Origin: Lytechinus pictus
Taxonomy: Eukaryota
Assembly (NCBI RefSeq): GCF_037042905.1
Contig: NC_087251.1
Location: forward strand, 32,800,001 to 32,864,000
DNA length: 64,000 nt
Reading direction: 5' to 3'
Part shown: positions 12,301 to 24,283 of the stretch, piece after piece
How positions within the stretch are numbered: the stretch's first letter is position 1
Layout of the letters: the number at the start of each line of letters is the position of its first letter
The notes under the pieces: generated by a model
The model's input: the letters and a program-made list of their open reading frames with translations, nothing else
The model's database searches: none
Told to the model about the DNA's origin: nothing
Position numbers and translations under genes: made by a program

Positions 12301-15300
12301 TTTTGATTTCAAGAAAAGAGGAAACACACATACATAGACATTGCAATTTTCCTATGTTTAATGTTAAGTACAGAATTGAATTTTCTCTCATGTACAGTCT
12401 TAATGTTTATAGAAATTGTGATTTCATTATTTTTTTCTTGTTTACCAAGGTTTCAGTATAAAGAATAGAATGAATTTGTGTGTTGATGCTCATAATCACA
12501 ATTTTTTTTGTTGATACTGAAAGGAGCTGAAGTTTCTGTTGTGTAAGGGATATTCCTCTTCCTGTTTTATACATGACATTGTGAACTCTATCGGGAATCA
12601 AAACACTTAGTAATCACCAGTAAAATCACTAGTAAAAACCAAGTAATCACCGGGGGCCCTATTCATAAATCCCGAATGAGTCTAGTTATCAGCCAATTGC
12701 GTAGACCGCAATACCAATTAGGTGATTAGTAGACTCATTAAAGGTTTTATGAATATATGGTCCCTGGTATGTGCACTTTCCATTATGGTGAAAAGATGGA
12801 AATATAAAGATGAAAAATGCTGAAGGTTTATGCCAATTTGGAAGGCCTATTAGTTGATGGTTTGTATCTAGAACAAGGACATGCAAATTTTATGATGTAT
12901 GGAGTATGCATCCAGACTGTATGTCTAACTTTATCTATTAATTTTGTAAGCCTATGGTTATTCATTAGCCTTCTGTATGAATTATGTATACCACCCGGTT
13001 GGTATTCTGCTAATTAAACCTAGGTTTAACCCTGGTCTAAACTAGAATTTCAAAACCACACTTCTATTGTAGACCGACTTCATTATATTTCTTCATATTC
13101 ATGACAATTATAGTATACCAATTCATTGAAATTCTTTATATTTTCGTGTTATTCCCATTTCACAACTTAATTATTTGAGAACCCTTTGCAGCGGGATAAG
13201 AATAATTTTTCATTGGTGAATAAGTTGACAATTGGCACTTCATAATAGTGTCGTGTATAACTGAACCATGACTTTCAGAATACCACCCCATGTGTCTATT
13301 CTTCAGTATGTCTGTCTGCTTTCATGTCTGGTTTTATTTCTGTCTGCTTCTATTTCTGTCTCAGTCTTTCTATATCTGTCTGTCTGTCTGTCTGCCTGTC
13401 TGTCTGTCTGTCTATCTATGTTGTTATCTTTCTCTTCCTATTTATTTTTGTTTTTGTATTTCTCTATACTGGAAATGTGGAGGTTATATACAGTCCGTAA
13501 AGTAGGGACAGTGATTTTCCATTTAAAAAAATGGCCTTTACCATTTCAGAAAATCTTAAATTCCGTTTCAGTATGTCTTAAAATGGAAATTCCATTTCCC
13601 CATAGACTGTGTACATGAAAAAGTGATAATTCCGTATACATAGTGATGTGCAACACTCAAGCTAGTTTATTGTCTGAATTATCAATTAATTTATATAACT
13701 CTTTTCTGTTCTTTTATTAGGAAGCTGTGAGAATATTCAAGAAAGCTTTAGAATTAAAACCTGATTACGTTGAAGTATTAAGAAGCTTAGCTCGTGCATA
13801 CAGGTAAGAACAATATATGACCTTGAATGATGAAATGAAATTGTTCCTGTTTGAAGAAGGGGTCTATAGTGCCTTTCTACCTGGCATAGTGGTGTTCTCC
13901 ACAAAATTATTATTCCCATTTTAAATTTTTTTCTTTATTAGTAGTTTTGTTTATGATTGTAAAAATAAAGAAGTTTATTTCATAACTAATTATGAATTTC
14001 CCTCCTGGTTTGCAGGGATTAAACCACATTTAAAACTTCAATTTTGTTTCTATTACTATCAAATGACTTATATGCTCTTTTCTGAATCAATTGTTTCTGA
14101 TATGGGTTTTTGAACTTTTGTTATTTGTCATCTGTCTTTTCATCAAACATATGTTAATTTAGTATCTGATTTTGTTGTCAAATTTGAATTCTGGATTATG
14201 TGCCATTTATCCTCTCATTTAGTAAGATAAATTAAGGAGATTGCTATTTTATCTGTTTTATGTTGATGTCATTTTGTTAAAGAAATAAATAAGTTAAGGA
14301 GATTGCAATTTTATCTGTTTTATTTTGATGTTATTTCAATGACACAGGGAGCTAGGTGATTATGAAAATGCCTTGGATAGCTTTAACAAGGCTCTCCACT
14401 ATAGTCCACATCATATACAGTCTATACAACAGAGAGGGTCATTGCACTATCATGCCGGAAAACCCAAGGAAGCACTCAAAGACTTCCAGGTATTAAACAT
14501 GTTCCTATGTTAGGTGTATGTCAGAATTGGTACTTTGTAGAGTAAGGTGTTTAGATGCTAGGTGTGTGTAAGATAATGGTGCTTTGTGGAGTAAGGTGAA
14601 ACATGTTACATTTAGGTATGTGTATTAAGATATTGGTGCTTTGTGGAGTAAGGTGTTTATATGTTAAATGTAGGTGTGTGAAAGATTTTGGTGCTTTGTA
14701 GAGTAAGGTGTTTCTATGTTTGGTGTGTGTAAGATAATGGTGCGTTGTGGAGTAAGGTGTTCATATATCAAGTGAAAAAGGTAAGGAGCTTATTGATGTT
14801 TCATAGTGTCAGGTGTTAAAGTGTTAAGATGTAATTGAAGATGTAAGATCGTGCATCCATATCAGTTTACATTATATTGTGTTGATATATTAATTGGTTG
14901 TTAGGATGCCTAAGATATTGAGATACTATAATCTTATATGGTGTATGAGAGAAATGTGTTTCTTTCATGTCTATCAGTGATGAAATGTGTGAAATGAGAA
15001 GAAATTTTATTAGGAGCAATTTATTTTTGTTTCAGTCGTTTGAGCTCCACCTATTGGTAAATTTCCATTTATATAGGTCTATATTATATTGGATTATTTG
15101 TCATTATTTGTTTGGCTATGCATTTGCTGACTTTTGTAAAGAAACATGTATGTCTTTCATGACATCAGAATGAATGCAGGGCCATGTTGCATAAAAATTA
15201 CTATTATGGTATCTTTACCTCTCTTTTCCATCGAATTCCTGAATTTGATTAGCTGTTGAGCATTGTTGCCACGGTAGTTGCCATTGGAAGAAAAAGTTAC

Positions 15301-18300
15301 CATAATAGGCAATAGGCCCATGATCTTTCTATTACTATGTTATCTATTCAAAACTTCTCTTAAAAACCATCATAGTCTACCGCATAAATCATATGATTAA
15401 TTTTCCCATCCTTTTCTCTTTGACTTTGAAGTATTGCCTGAGAGTGTACCCAACCAACGAGGTATGCCGGTACATGAAAGGTCTTTGCCTGGTTTCCATA
15501 GGGCAGTATTACGATGCTGTGAGAACCATTACCAAACTCATGATACAGAAACACATCACGGCTGACTTCCTGGAGTATGAACAGGTCAAATATATCAGAG
15601 GTGAGTAAGGAGAGATGGCCATGTCTGCATGGGTTTTATGTAATCTTGATTATGATGATGATGAGAATAATACCACCACCACCACCAACAACAACAAAAC
15701 CAGCACCAACAATGATGATGGTAGTGATGGTGGTGGTGGTGATGAGGATGTAACTTATAAAGTGCCAAATCCACCCTGCAGGGTGCTCAAGGTACATAGA
15801 GCATTAAGAATTAAATATAAAGGTTTAAACCCATATACAATTCATCAAGTCTTCAAGAAAGCTGATCAACGGAAGAGATCTAAAGCATTGTGTCTTCTTC
15901 ATTTGAAATGGAATGATATGAAATATAACAAACCGTGATTTTTAATCAGTGGAAAGACTAATATTTAAATGATTACTGATAAACATATGCTTTTGCAGCC
16001 GCTATTTCCCATTGTTCAAATTGTTGCATATATTATTAGTGTTGCGCAAAAGTGCCATCACCATGAGCAATGATTGATGGAGAACTCAGCTTTGTTAAGT
16101 GATTGACTTTTGACTAATCCTGTAGCAAGATCATTAGAATGGAATGTAGCATATCTGTGAATGTTATAGATATTGCCAGAGTTGATCATATCACTTTCAT
16201 GCATGACAATTTGCACTTTAGTAATATTAATATTGATTATATGACACCTAGATAGATCCTTGTCATTTGATTGGTTGTTTGATATCAGTCGTTCAGCCCA
16301 TTTTACAATGACGTCACCAACCATGCAATATTGGATCCATACGATTTTGTCCATTGCATTCGCGCAACGAGACGCAGGCGCCACCAGTGTTTACAGCGCC
16401 ATTGTTGTATGTATGTGATAACCAATAGACCGAGCTTGCACTGCGTGAGCACACTTTGCATTGAAATTAATGGATTTCATATGAAAAACATTTTTTTTTT
16501 TATGTCATATAAACCAATTAATGAACGTTCTTTTCATTTGTGCAAATGGACAGAATACTTCATGTGGCGAAAGATGAATTGTATGATCCATTCTACGAGG
16601 CGTAGCAGAGTTAAATGGATCATTTCATCTTTCACCTCATTAAGTATTCTGTCCATTGCACTCATAAACATTCATTATTTGTATAATAGAATGAACAGAA
16701 AGATGATCACTTAGTATGCATATATATAGTAGCTTACTATGATTGCATATCTATTTGATTATTTGCATTATAATTAATGTACTTTTGGTCAATACTTTGA
16801 ATGCCAATTACTTGAAATATGGGCCTTGAAAGATGACCTTATTTTCCTTTTGAATTGAATGCATCTACCATCTTGCATCATTTGCTAGAGTTGTCCAGAT
16901 ACCTGCATGCTCATTTGGACACCCCTTTCAGTGAATATAGTATGGACCAGGATCTAGATGGTACAATGAAAGACAGATGGGTCAAGAATCTTCCATTCCA
17001 GTCGGAGGGGTACAAAGAAATGCCTGGTTTGAGCCCAGATATAAGGTAGAGTAAAAGTTCAAGACTTCTGAGATGGCAACTCTAAATTGATTGCTAGTCT
17101 CTATGCTACATGTTAACAGGATATAATTACATTTTTATTTAAATATAAATTGGTTGAAACTGTGGTGATACAGCCTTCTCAGACTTGAAGGCTAATAGCT
17201 CCCTTTTCGTCAGAGTATCAATATGTGTTTTAATGATATCATTTTGATTTTAGATTGGCGTTAAGGGGAAAAAATCATCAATTTCAAATTAATTCAATCT
17301 CTCATTTAAGGCGAAATCTTATATCTTGTTTAACTTTTTTTTACAGCGATATTGATGAACTAGAATCTCATGACCTCTCACCCGCCACGCGCAACCTGAT
17401 CTGCCGTGCATCGGTCATCGGGCGGCTGTCACAGTACGATGCAGATGGCTTCCTGCCCAACGAACGCATGCAGCTAGCCGTTGGTCTGGGATCCCTTGAG
17501 GTAGCACAGACTATGCAGCTTTACTGGAGACAGGGACGGAGCTTTAGAAATGGCAATGGGAACAGGTTTGGATGGAAAGATATGATGGATGTAGCTATCA
17601 AATGGAGAAGGTGAGGGTTGTTCACATTACCAAGATAAATGTTTGTAGTTAAAAGATAGTTTCTGCATTAGAGGTTGCTATGCAAACTCACTTGTCCTTT
17701 TCCTTGAAGTCCTCTACCAGGGCTTCTTTTCATAAAACTGGTTATAACAAATTTGCAATAATAAAGCCATTAAAATTATTCACTTGAATTGGCTGATGTT
17801 AGACTTTTTATAAAATTGTGCATATATGAAACAATCCAGGAAGGGTTAGTGTATCATGATTGAAATAGTTGTTCGATGTTTGAGGCAACGTCATAAACTA
17901 TCTCATATGTGCATGGTCAGATAAAAAAAAGATTGTAAAGAACTTTGTAAAAATGTAAATGCTGAATACATGAAAGAATGTCTTGATTCATTCATGTTTC
18001 AATGTCCAATATATGATTCACTATTTTGCTTTTCAAAGGCTTTGTCAGGGTTTGAATAATCATAGATGAAAACCTTTCCATGACAATAATTATCTTTTCA
18101 CATTCCATTTTTTTTTTTTATGTTGAAGATTATAGTTTATTTACAAATTTTCAATCTTCATTCCTCATATGCATGAAAAGGAATTTTATTTGTTTTTAAA
18201 GAAAAATCACTCATCTTTTTTTTACCTTTCTATCTCCCTGCCTTCCTATCCTTTTATCGCTATCTTTCATTAGGTATGTTGATCCTGACCAACCAGTTTT

Positions 18301-21300
18301 ATGGTTGGATCAGATGCCATCATCAAGCTACCAAGCTGGATATAACAGTCATATGAACATAGTACGCGGTCAACTCCTCAATATACGTTTTGCCAACTAT
18401 TTCGATACAGTCTTCAACCTCACTAAAAGAATGATATATCAGCATAGGTAAGAAGTAATTCGTCACCGCCATCTAATATTTTATCATGAAGTCTTCTCTT
18501 CCAGACCTCGTTCAATGAAGAGATGGTTCTAAACTTTTTTCCAATCTGCAACAAAAAACAACTAACAACCTCAAAACAATTGTATCATAGATTGTATTGT
18601 GGTTCCAAATTTATTGGTAAGGACAAGGTTTAATGTTGTACTTTGTAAACTATTAGTCACCTATTGGATGATAGGGTATTTCTTTTGTAAAATAACTTTA
18701 AAAATAACTTTTATATGTATATTTGTAATAGACAAAATATTCATAATTTTCATATGATTTTTTTAAAACTTAATTATTTTTAGAGGGGGAGGAGAAATCT
18801 TAGTTAAGAATAGGCAAAAATGTGATTTTGTATGTTAAGAACCGGAAAGTGATTAGAATTTGAGGAAGGTAGATGTAGCTGTAAGAATTCATGGTAGAGC
18901 AATATCTATCCAAGCATGTGTGGCTAGCAATTGGTTTACTCATGGAAATATGCTTAAAGGTCTGTTCCCTCATTTTCAGTTGAACATTTGCCAAGCTAAG
19001 TCCCACAGACACGATTTTAATTGACAGTTCCCATACATAACTTATATTTGTATAACAATATACAAATATTTACATGCAATAAAACCTTAAAAACTATTCA
19101 TATCAAAGAGATTTTATTCTTATATACTGTTGTTGGGAACTTATTTGTATGTGTGGTATTTAAGTTCATTTATACCTTGGTCACATTTGCTCTACGGTGG
19201 CAGTACAGCGAGTCGAAAACAGCCGTTTTAACATTTTTTGTACCAACTACATATCGGTGGTTTGAATTAAAATTAATACAACGGCTGTTTTCGACTCGCC
19301 GTATGGCCGCCGTAGAGCAAATGTGACCAAGGTATAAGTCGGGGTTAATGATCCTTTGATTTGTGCATTGAACTCTAAGGCAGAGTTCACCTCTAGCCTT
19401 TAACTCCTTTTCACATTTATAGAACATTGCTCTCCCCCCAAAATAATCCTCATTTACATTCCTCTTTTCTTTACCACCAGCCCCCATCATCCTTCTTGCC
19501 TTTGTTATCCTCATTCTCTTTGTTATCATCTATTCTCCATTCCTTTCATACCTTACATGACCTTTCCTTTTGTTATGGAATTCCTCATCTTTTGATCTCC
19601 TCTTCAGCTATTTTAATTACTGTCTTGTCTTCCCTGGTTGGCTAAGTCATGAAAGTAAGGCTCTCTCTGATTGGACCTTCTTCATGCATATATTACCTTT
19701 GTATTAATACTCTGAACTTAATTTGAATATTCTTTGTACCTTGTGCAAAGACAACCAAGTGTCCTTTTGAGTCATAAATGATGCCCTGTCCAGATCAGGC
19801 AGTAGGTCACTGGACTTCAAGCTAACAAGATGCCTCCTTCCTGTTCTTCTGTGATGGGTCGAACTGACAAATAAGAGCTAAATTCTAACGTATAGCTCCC
19901 ACACTGCCTTTTTCTTTTCTATTCCTCTATAAAGTATGACCAAAGCAGATCGGGGAGAGGAAAGATTGCTAGCAAACCTAGATAAAGTCGCTTCGTGCGA
20001 GGGTCTGGTCTTCCTTGTTAACAAACTCAAGATGTCCAATGACAGATTACCAGGGTTTATGATTTCAACACGGCTAGACAGCTTTCAAAATAGAAATGCC
20101 AAACTTGAGGGTGCCGTATTTTCTCTCAGTGGAGAAGTGTAAGTTTACATATTCTGCTCCTTTATTCTTTTGTTGTAAAGTAATTTGTTAATACATTGTT
20201 GTCTTCTTTTAACTGCACAGCAGGCGATAGATTGGTGCTACTTTTCCTACAGTTGTGGCAACGCTAATGGTGGGGTTGTTGTCAGTGAAAATTTTTAACT
20301 TTTGTTACATTGTTGAAATCGTTTATCAAGCCTGATTATGGAGGTTAAACTTGGATATTAGGGTAATTAAGTCTTGCTAAATTATCTGACATCAGTTTTG
20401 TAAAATCAAGGTCAAAGATTATTCCATGTAAAATGAACTAAGCCTATGTTGTATCAACATACACACACAACCCAAAGATTGTTTTTAATTTTCTGATTAT
20501 GTGTTCTTTTTCCAAAGTGGATATAATTTTATCAAGTATCAGCAGTAAAGTGAGTTGAAATAAAGTTCACTGTGTCAAGGTCACAGGTCAATTGAGGTCA
20601 ATAAAGCTGAAAAAAACGATAGTTCATTCTTTTTATTCTTTCTTTGCAGTGCTGCCAATGTAATATTTTCTATTGACACAATGACGACCAAACGTCGGAC
20701 AGAGCATTACCATACAGAAATAGACTACATCTGGGCTCTCTTATCTGAAGAGATGCATAGCAAGAGAGGAGGACCAGTCACCTCCAAAGAAATGGTAAGG
20801 ATACCTTTCACTGATAAATGTTATAAGCTACTGAAACCCTTGCTTCCGATTGGATCAAAGCAAATTAGTCAATGAAATTTACTGACGGGTTGTTTCAGGA
20901 AACACTCCCAGAATGATGGAAACCAAGAGGTTTAAGGTTGGAATTCACAAGTATTTTCCGGGAAGACAATTGTTGTCATAAATTTGCCTCTTGCTCTTCA
21001 GGTACCCAGTAGGTTATGATAGTCAGCAGTTTCTTGTGCTTCCTGCTTGCTGGAGTGTTCCCCAGGGAACAAGTCTGACTAAATCTATTAAAAACATGTA
21101 GTGAAGCCCATCATTGATATCTTAAAGGCCCTTCAGAGTTGCAGGTTATTGTTAGGGAGGAAAAAGGGAATTTTAGCTGTAGTATGAAAACGATTAGGTT
21201 TGAAGAATTTCTGCTCTGCTAAAGTCAAGGTAATTATGTTGCGTTAACTTGGAGATGGCGGATTATGTAAGTGTTGGCATTATAAAAGCAAATAAAATTG

Positions 21301-23352
21301 ATTTACTCTTATTTAGGATCTTTTTTCCCCTAATTTTTATATGAATTATATGTTATCATACAGTTGCATATTTAATATATTGTGGCTATTTTAGGTTTGA
21401 ATTGTATTTTATCTGCTATTTTAAGTTTGTGGCTTGTATTCAGAACTCTGGTCTAAAATTGTGGTTTAGATATGGATAGCAAATTGTGACACAAGTCTCT
21501 AATTGTACAGGTTCGATTAAATCAGCTCATCTGTTACTTAGATCATTCAGAACTGTCGAGAAATTGTGGCTTAATTAGTTTTCTTTGCCATTATAGCATG
21601 ATGAAACATGTAATGAAACAAAATTTTTACACATTAAGCTTTCCATAATTTTAGCAGAGATATAGACCAGGGCCTATGTTAAACTGGAGTTCAGAGAATG
21701 TTCCATCGTGTTTTATTTCTTGATTATATTTTTCAGGATCATGAGTCTATCGTCAATCTGGTGCTCTCTATGATCTACTATGTGTATAACCTCATGCCTA
21801 TATCAAGAGGAACAAGGTAAGCTATTCACATAAAACGGAAACTTCTTACGATATCTGAAGATCCATTTGATAAAACAAATTTCAAACTTTGCTTATGTAT
21901 ACATATGAGATTGATGATGATGATGATATTGGTCCTGCAATCAATGATAAGGATTTATTTTTATGATTTATTGCATGTGTGATCATTTATAAAAATTAGC
22001 AATCAATTAATAAGCTTTGTGGGACATGGCCCTGATCAAATTGGGAGTTAAAAGGTTAACATTGACTTGACTTTAAAAAACCTAAGCTGCAAGGTCCCAC
22101 TTGTCACCTGTGTCTGTGACATGATTCATTTTAAAAGATAAAATAAAATATGTAATAGATATTATGACCTCAGAATACATCTCTCAATGATGATTTTTCA
22201 GTCACAGATATCTTGAAATTCTCTGCATGAATTTGATTATTTTTCTTCCTGGGTGTTTTTTTTCCATTCATATGAATAATGCTCATCAAAATTCAGTATT
22301 TTTTGCAAATAAAACCATTGTAATATTAGCCCATGCCTTTAAAAGTAGAAGGTCTTGGAAAAATGTTTGCACTGTTTGAGATACATGTTTCTTTTTCATC
22401 CTAGGAGCATTGTAAGAGCAGGTTATCACAATTTAATGGTGCAATTCAATTGTTATGAATCAGTGACATTGATGGAAGAAGTGCTCTCCAGCAATTCTAA
22501 GTTATTTTTTTTACATTCCTTTAATGCTTAATACAGTTCTGTGGCATACACCATTGTGCTTGGTTTGGTAATGGCGTTGGGTCGAGAGGTCACTAGTCAG
22601 ATACCGAAGAGCAAGCTGGTTGAGATGGAGGCTTTGCTGTCAGGTACCCCTCAGACCTTTGCTTCATGGGGTCAAAGTTGGATGAATATCAAGAGGTAAG
22701 GATACTGAAGTGATGTTGATATTATCAACATTAGACTGAAGTTCAATTGACATTTAAACATAAATTATATTCACATTTTTAGTTAAATTGATGAAAACAA
22801 AGTACAACTGGATCTTTGATATAACCAGACTACTGAGGTTGCTATGTCAGAATGAAGTTCTTTTGAAAGAAATGTCTAATTCTCATGAATTATGAAAATA
22901 ATGGTCACTATGAATAATTGATATTTCTTTTTTATTCTGTCATTTTATTTTCCTCCTGCTCTTTCTCTGCCTTTGTCTCCCTATCTTTTTAAATTTCTCT
23001 CCCCCTCCATCTCCCTCTCTCCTCACCCCCCTCTCTCTCACCTTTCTCTTCACTTCTCTTTCCCTTTCTTCCTCTCTCTACCCCACCCCCTCTCTATCAC
23101 TCACTACCCCCTTTTTTTCCTATTCTTACTCTCCCCCTCTCTCTCACCTCCATATCGTATCCTTTCACCATTTCTCTCTCCCTCTCTCACTCCATCACCC
23201 TACTTATCTATCTCTTAATTTCTTTCATCATCATCAGGTCTTCCTTCAACCTAGCAGACGTACCTCAGGTCTCAGAAGCATTTCCTACTCTACGTTCTAT
23301 GTTAGAAGCTCTCAACGTGGGAGCATCATTTTGCACGGCCGGTGGGCAGTAG
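3262..23352 (+). CDS. TTC13: Tetratricopeptide repeat protein 13 (multi-exon, 5' partial): join(3262-3337,3916-4052,8631-8723,9226-9342,11477-11587,13721-13803,14348-14489,15432-15600,16889-17045,17347-17610,18274-18447,19935-20138,20650-20794,21737-21816,22537-22695,23238-23352)
   Basis: All introns are GT-AG and phases close into one 2226-nt frame (741 aa + TAG). It encodes TPR helices followed by motifs I recognise from TTC13: NEVCRYMKGL, SRYLHAHLDTP, GFLPNERM, VAIKWRRYVDPDQPVLWLDQMP, YYVYNLMPISRGTS, FPTLRSMLEALN. Confidence 0.93.
3352..3667. mobile_element. GGCCCGTATTCTGAA MITE family (copies 6765-7087, 27741-28056; degenerate about 21440-21700)
   Basis: TIR GGCCCGTATTCTGAA / TTCAGAATACGGGC with shared interior. 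Confidence 0.8.
3916..4052 (+). CDS. TTC13: TTC13 exon (AFALAMMNTG...GYARRGIQ)
   Basis: CAG acceptor, GTAAGA donor, TPR-like helix pattern. Confidence 0.9.
4672..5071. repeat. Degenerate MITE-like repeat with internal GATAGT(ATG/CCG)GGGTTAAG units
   Basis: TTTTCACA / TGTGAAAA ends and about 5 copies of a ~19-bp unit at 4921-5052. Confidence 0.55.
6765..7087. mobile_element. GGCCCGTATTCTGAA MITE family copy (opposite orientation)
   Basis: Same TIRs, interior is the reverse complement of 3352-3667. Confidence 0.8.
7660..7795. repeat. (AAT)n/(ACT)n microsatellite
   Basis: Directly visible. Confidence 0.9.
8631..8723 (+). CDS. TTC13: TTC13 exon (HPMNAALAIQDFTRVIEISPKDPIGWEKRAE)
   Basis: TCTCAG acceptor, GTAAGC donor, 93 nt, TPR. 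Confidence 0.9.
9226..9342 (+). CDS. TTC13: TTC13 exon (VFSTQGRNREAYGDISKALDLRPTAKLYKYRGYMMFKEE)
   Basis: CAG acceptor, GTATGT donor, 117 nt, TPR. Confidence 0.9.
10081..10668. mobile_element. Kolobok-like non-autonomous DNA transposon (AGG...CCT, TTAA site)
   Basis: TIR AGGTCAAGTCCACCCC..AAAAAGTTG / CAACTTTTT..GGGGTAGACTTGTCCT with long imperfect subterminal IRs. TTAA on the right, degenerate CCAA on the left. Confidence 0.7.
11027..11319 (+). mobile_element. tRNA-derived SINE
   Basis: Pol III A box TGGCCTAGTGG (11036-11046), B box GGTTCGAATCC (11080-11090), central CCCAGGTG..AATGGGTACC block, (ATT)n tail. Fragments elsewhere at about 6510-6565, 25895-26055, 34795-34865, 47065-47230 and 47310-47600. 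Confidence 0.88.
11477..11587 (+). CDS. TTC13: TTC13 exon (KYVAATKDLMESVQKDQ...YHQGKLH)
   Basis: TAG acceptor, GTATGT donor, 111 nt, TPR. Confidence 0.9.
13721..13803 (+). CDS. TTC13: TTC13 exon (EAVRIFKKALELKPDYVEVLRSLARAY)
   Basis: TTAG acceptor, GTAAGA donor, canonical TPR ALELKPD. Confidence 0.92.
14348..14489 (+). CDS. TTC13: TTC13 exon (RELGDYENALDSFNKAL...EALKDFQ)
   Basis: CAG acceptor, GTATTA donor, TPR. Confidence 0.92.
14510..14760. repeat. Minisatellite, 5 units of about 50-58 bp
   Basis: Repeated TAGGTGTGTG..AAGAT..TGGTGCTTTGTRGAGTAAGGTG. Confidence 0.85.
15432..15600 (+). CDS. TTC13: TTC13 exon (YCLRVYPTNEVCRYMKGL...VKYIR)
   Basis: AAG acceptor after a pyrimidine tract, GTGAGT donor. 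Confidence 0.9.
16889..17045 (+). CDS. TTC13: TTC13 exon (ELSRYLHAHLDTP...PGLSPDI)
   Basis: TAG acceptor, GTAGAG donor, conserved TTC13 motif. Confidence 0.92.
17347..17610 (+). CDS. TTC13: TTC13 exon (SDIDELES...VAIKWR)
   Basis: TACAG acceptor, GTGAGG donor. Confidence 0.92.
18274..18447 (+). CDS. TTC13: TTC13 exon (RYVDPDQPVLWLDQMP...IYQH)
   Basis: TAG acceptor, GTAAGA donor, conserved DPDQPVLWLDQMP. Confidence 0.93.
19173..19334. mobile_element. Palindromic MITE, same family as 958-1121
   Basis: Same TIRs, TTA/TAA flanks. Confidence 0.85.
19935..20138 (+). CDS. TTC13: TTC13 exon (SMTKADRGEE...FSLSGE)
   Basis: AAG acceptor after a pyrimidine tract, GTAAGT donor, phases match both neighbours. 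Confidence 0.85.
20650..20794 (+). CDS. TTC13: TTC13 exon (VAANVIFSIDTMTTKRRTEHYHTEIDYIW...SKEM)
   Basis: TTGCAG acceptor, GTAAGG donor. Confidence 0.9.
21737..21816 (+). CDS. TTC13: TTC13 exon (DHESIVNLVLSMIYYVYNLMPISRGT)
   Basis: TTTCAG acceptor, GTAAGC donor, conserved NLMPxSRG motif. Confidence 0.92.
22537..22695 (+). CDS. TTC13: TTC13 exon (SSVAYTIVLGLVMALG...WMNIK)
   Basis: TACAG acceptor, GTAAGG donor. Confidence 0.92.
23238..23352 (+). CDS. TTC13: TTC13 terminal coding exon (RSSFNLADVPQVSEAFPTLRSMLEALNVGASFCTAGGQ*)
   Basis: CAG acceptor after a long CT-rich tract, TAG stop at 23350-23352. Confidence 0.9.
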
Positions 23353-24283
23353 ACTGCGGGTATAGGACTTGCCAAGCTCCTACGGATGGTATTCATGTAG
23401 TATACTTCAAGTTAAAAGTCAGATGGTCATCAGCAATTCCTGGGAGTGGATTGATTATAAGAATACCATCCATTAGGTTACAATACTGGCAGGAACCTTA
23501 TTTATATATGGGGCAGATTGTCTCTCGAATGCACAACTCATTAGATCATCATTAAAAGTATGAATGGTAAAAGAGGAGTCTGATTATAACAGACTATATC
23601 AGCATTGTTTTTTCATATCAAAGATTACCTTAAGACATGTGTCCTTGAGTTACTTATTTTGTAACAAATCATTTATTGTATCCAAGTTTGGGAATTTAAT
23701 GTATCACTCTTTCCAAACAAACACCTTTCATCAAAGATATTCTTAATCTGTGTTTTTATAACTCAAGATACTTTTATTAAAATATATTTGAATGACTAGT
23801 TTGACTTAATAGGACCTTGATATAAATATCAAACTATATTTAAACTTTTTAAAAGTATTTAAATGAATTAGAATAACTGGTTTAAATAATGGAATATGTT
23901 GAAGAAATCAATACCAAGAAGTGCAATTTTCTTGCTCCAAGAGAGTGTGGGGCATGTAATTTTTCCTGAATATATTCTAAATTCTGAAATTGTCAAGTCC
24001 GAAGGCCTTGATTTTATACTGTGTATATTTTTTGCATTATTTATTTTGTGCTTTTAGCCTAGTATGAGGTGGAGGGTTCTATTTGAGAAATCCTTTTTGA
24101 AGTTGTCTGCGTCTTTCCTAAAAAACTTGAAGGGTACTGGAGGTGCTATTTCTATTTGTTGCTATCAGTTCCTAATATACTTGCCATATCATCATGGTTT
24201 CTAACAAATTATTGTTTGAAGATGTGTTAACTTGTACAGTGTGAAATGTCACATATCTAATCATTGAAACATGATTCACTTAA

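Noticed and set aside
23350..23400. Stop-codon readthrough extension of TTC13 (15 open codons after TAG)
   Set aside because: The TAG-A context is not a known leaky context and there is no supporting motif.
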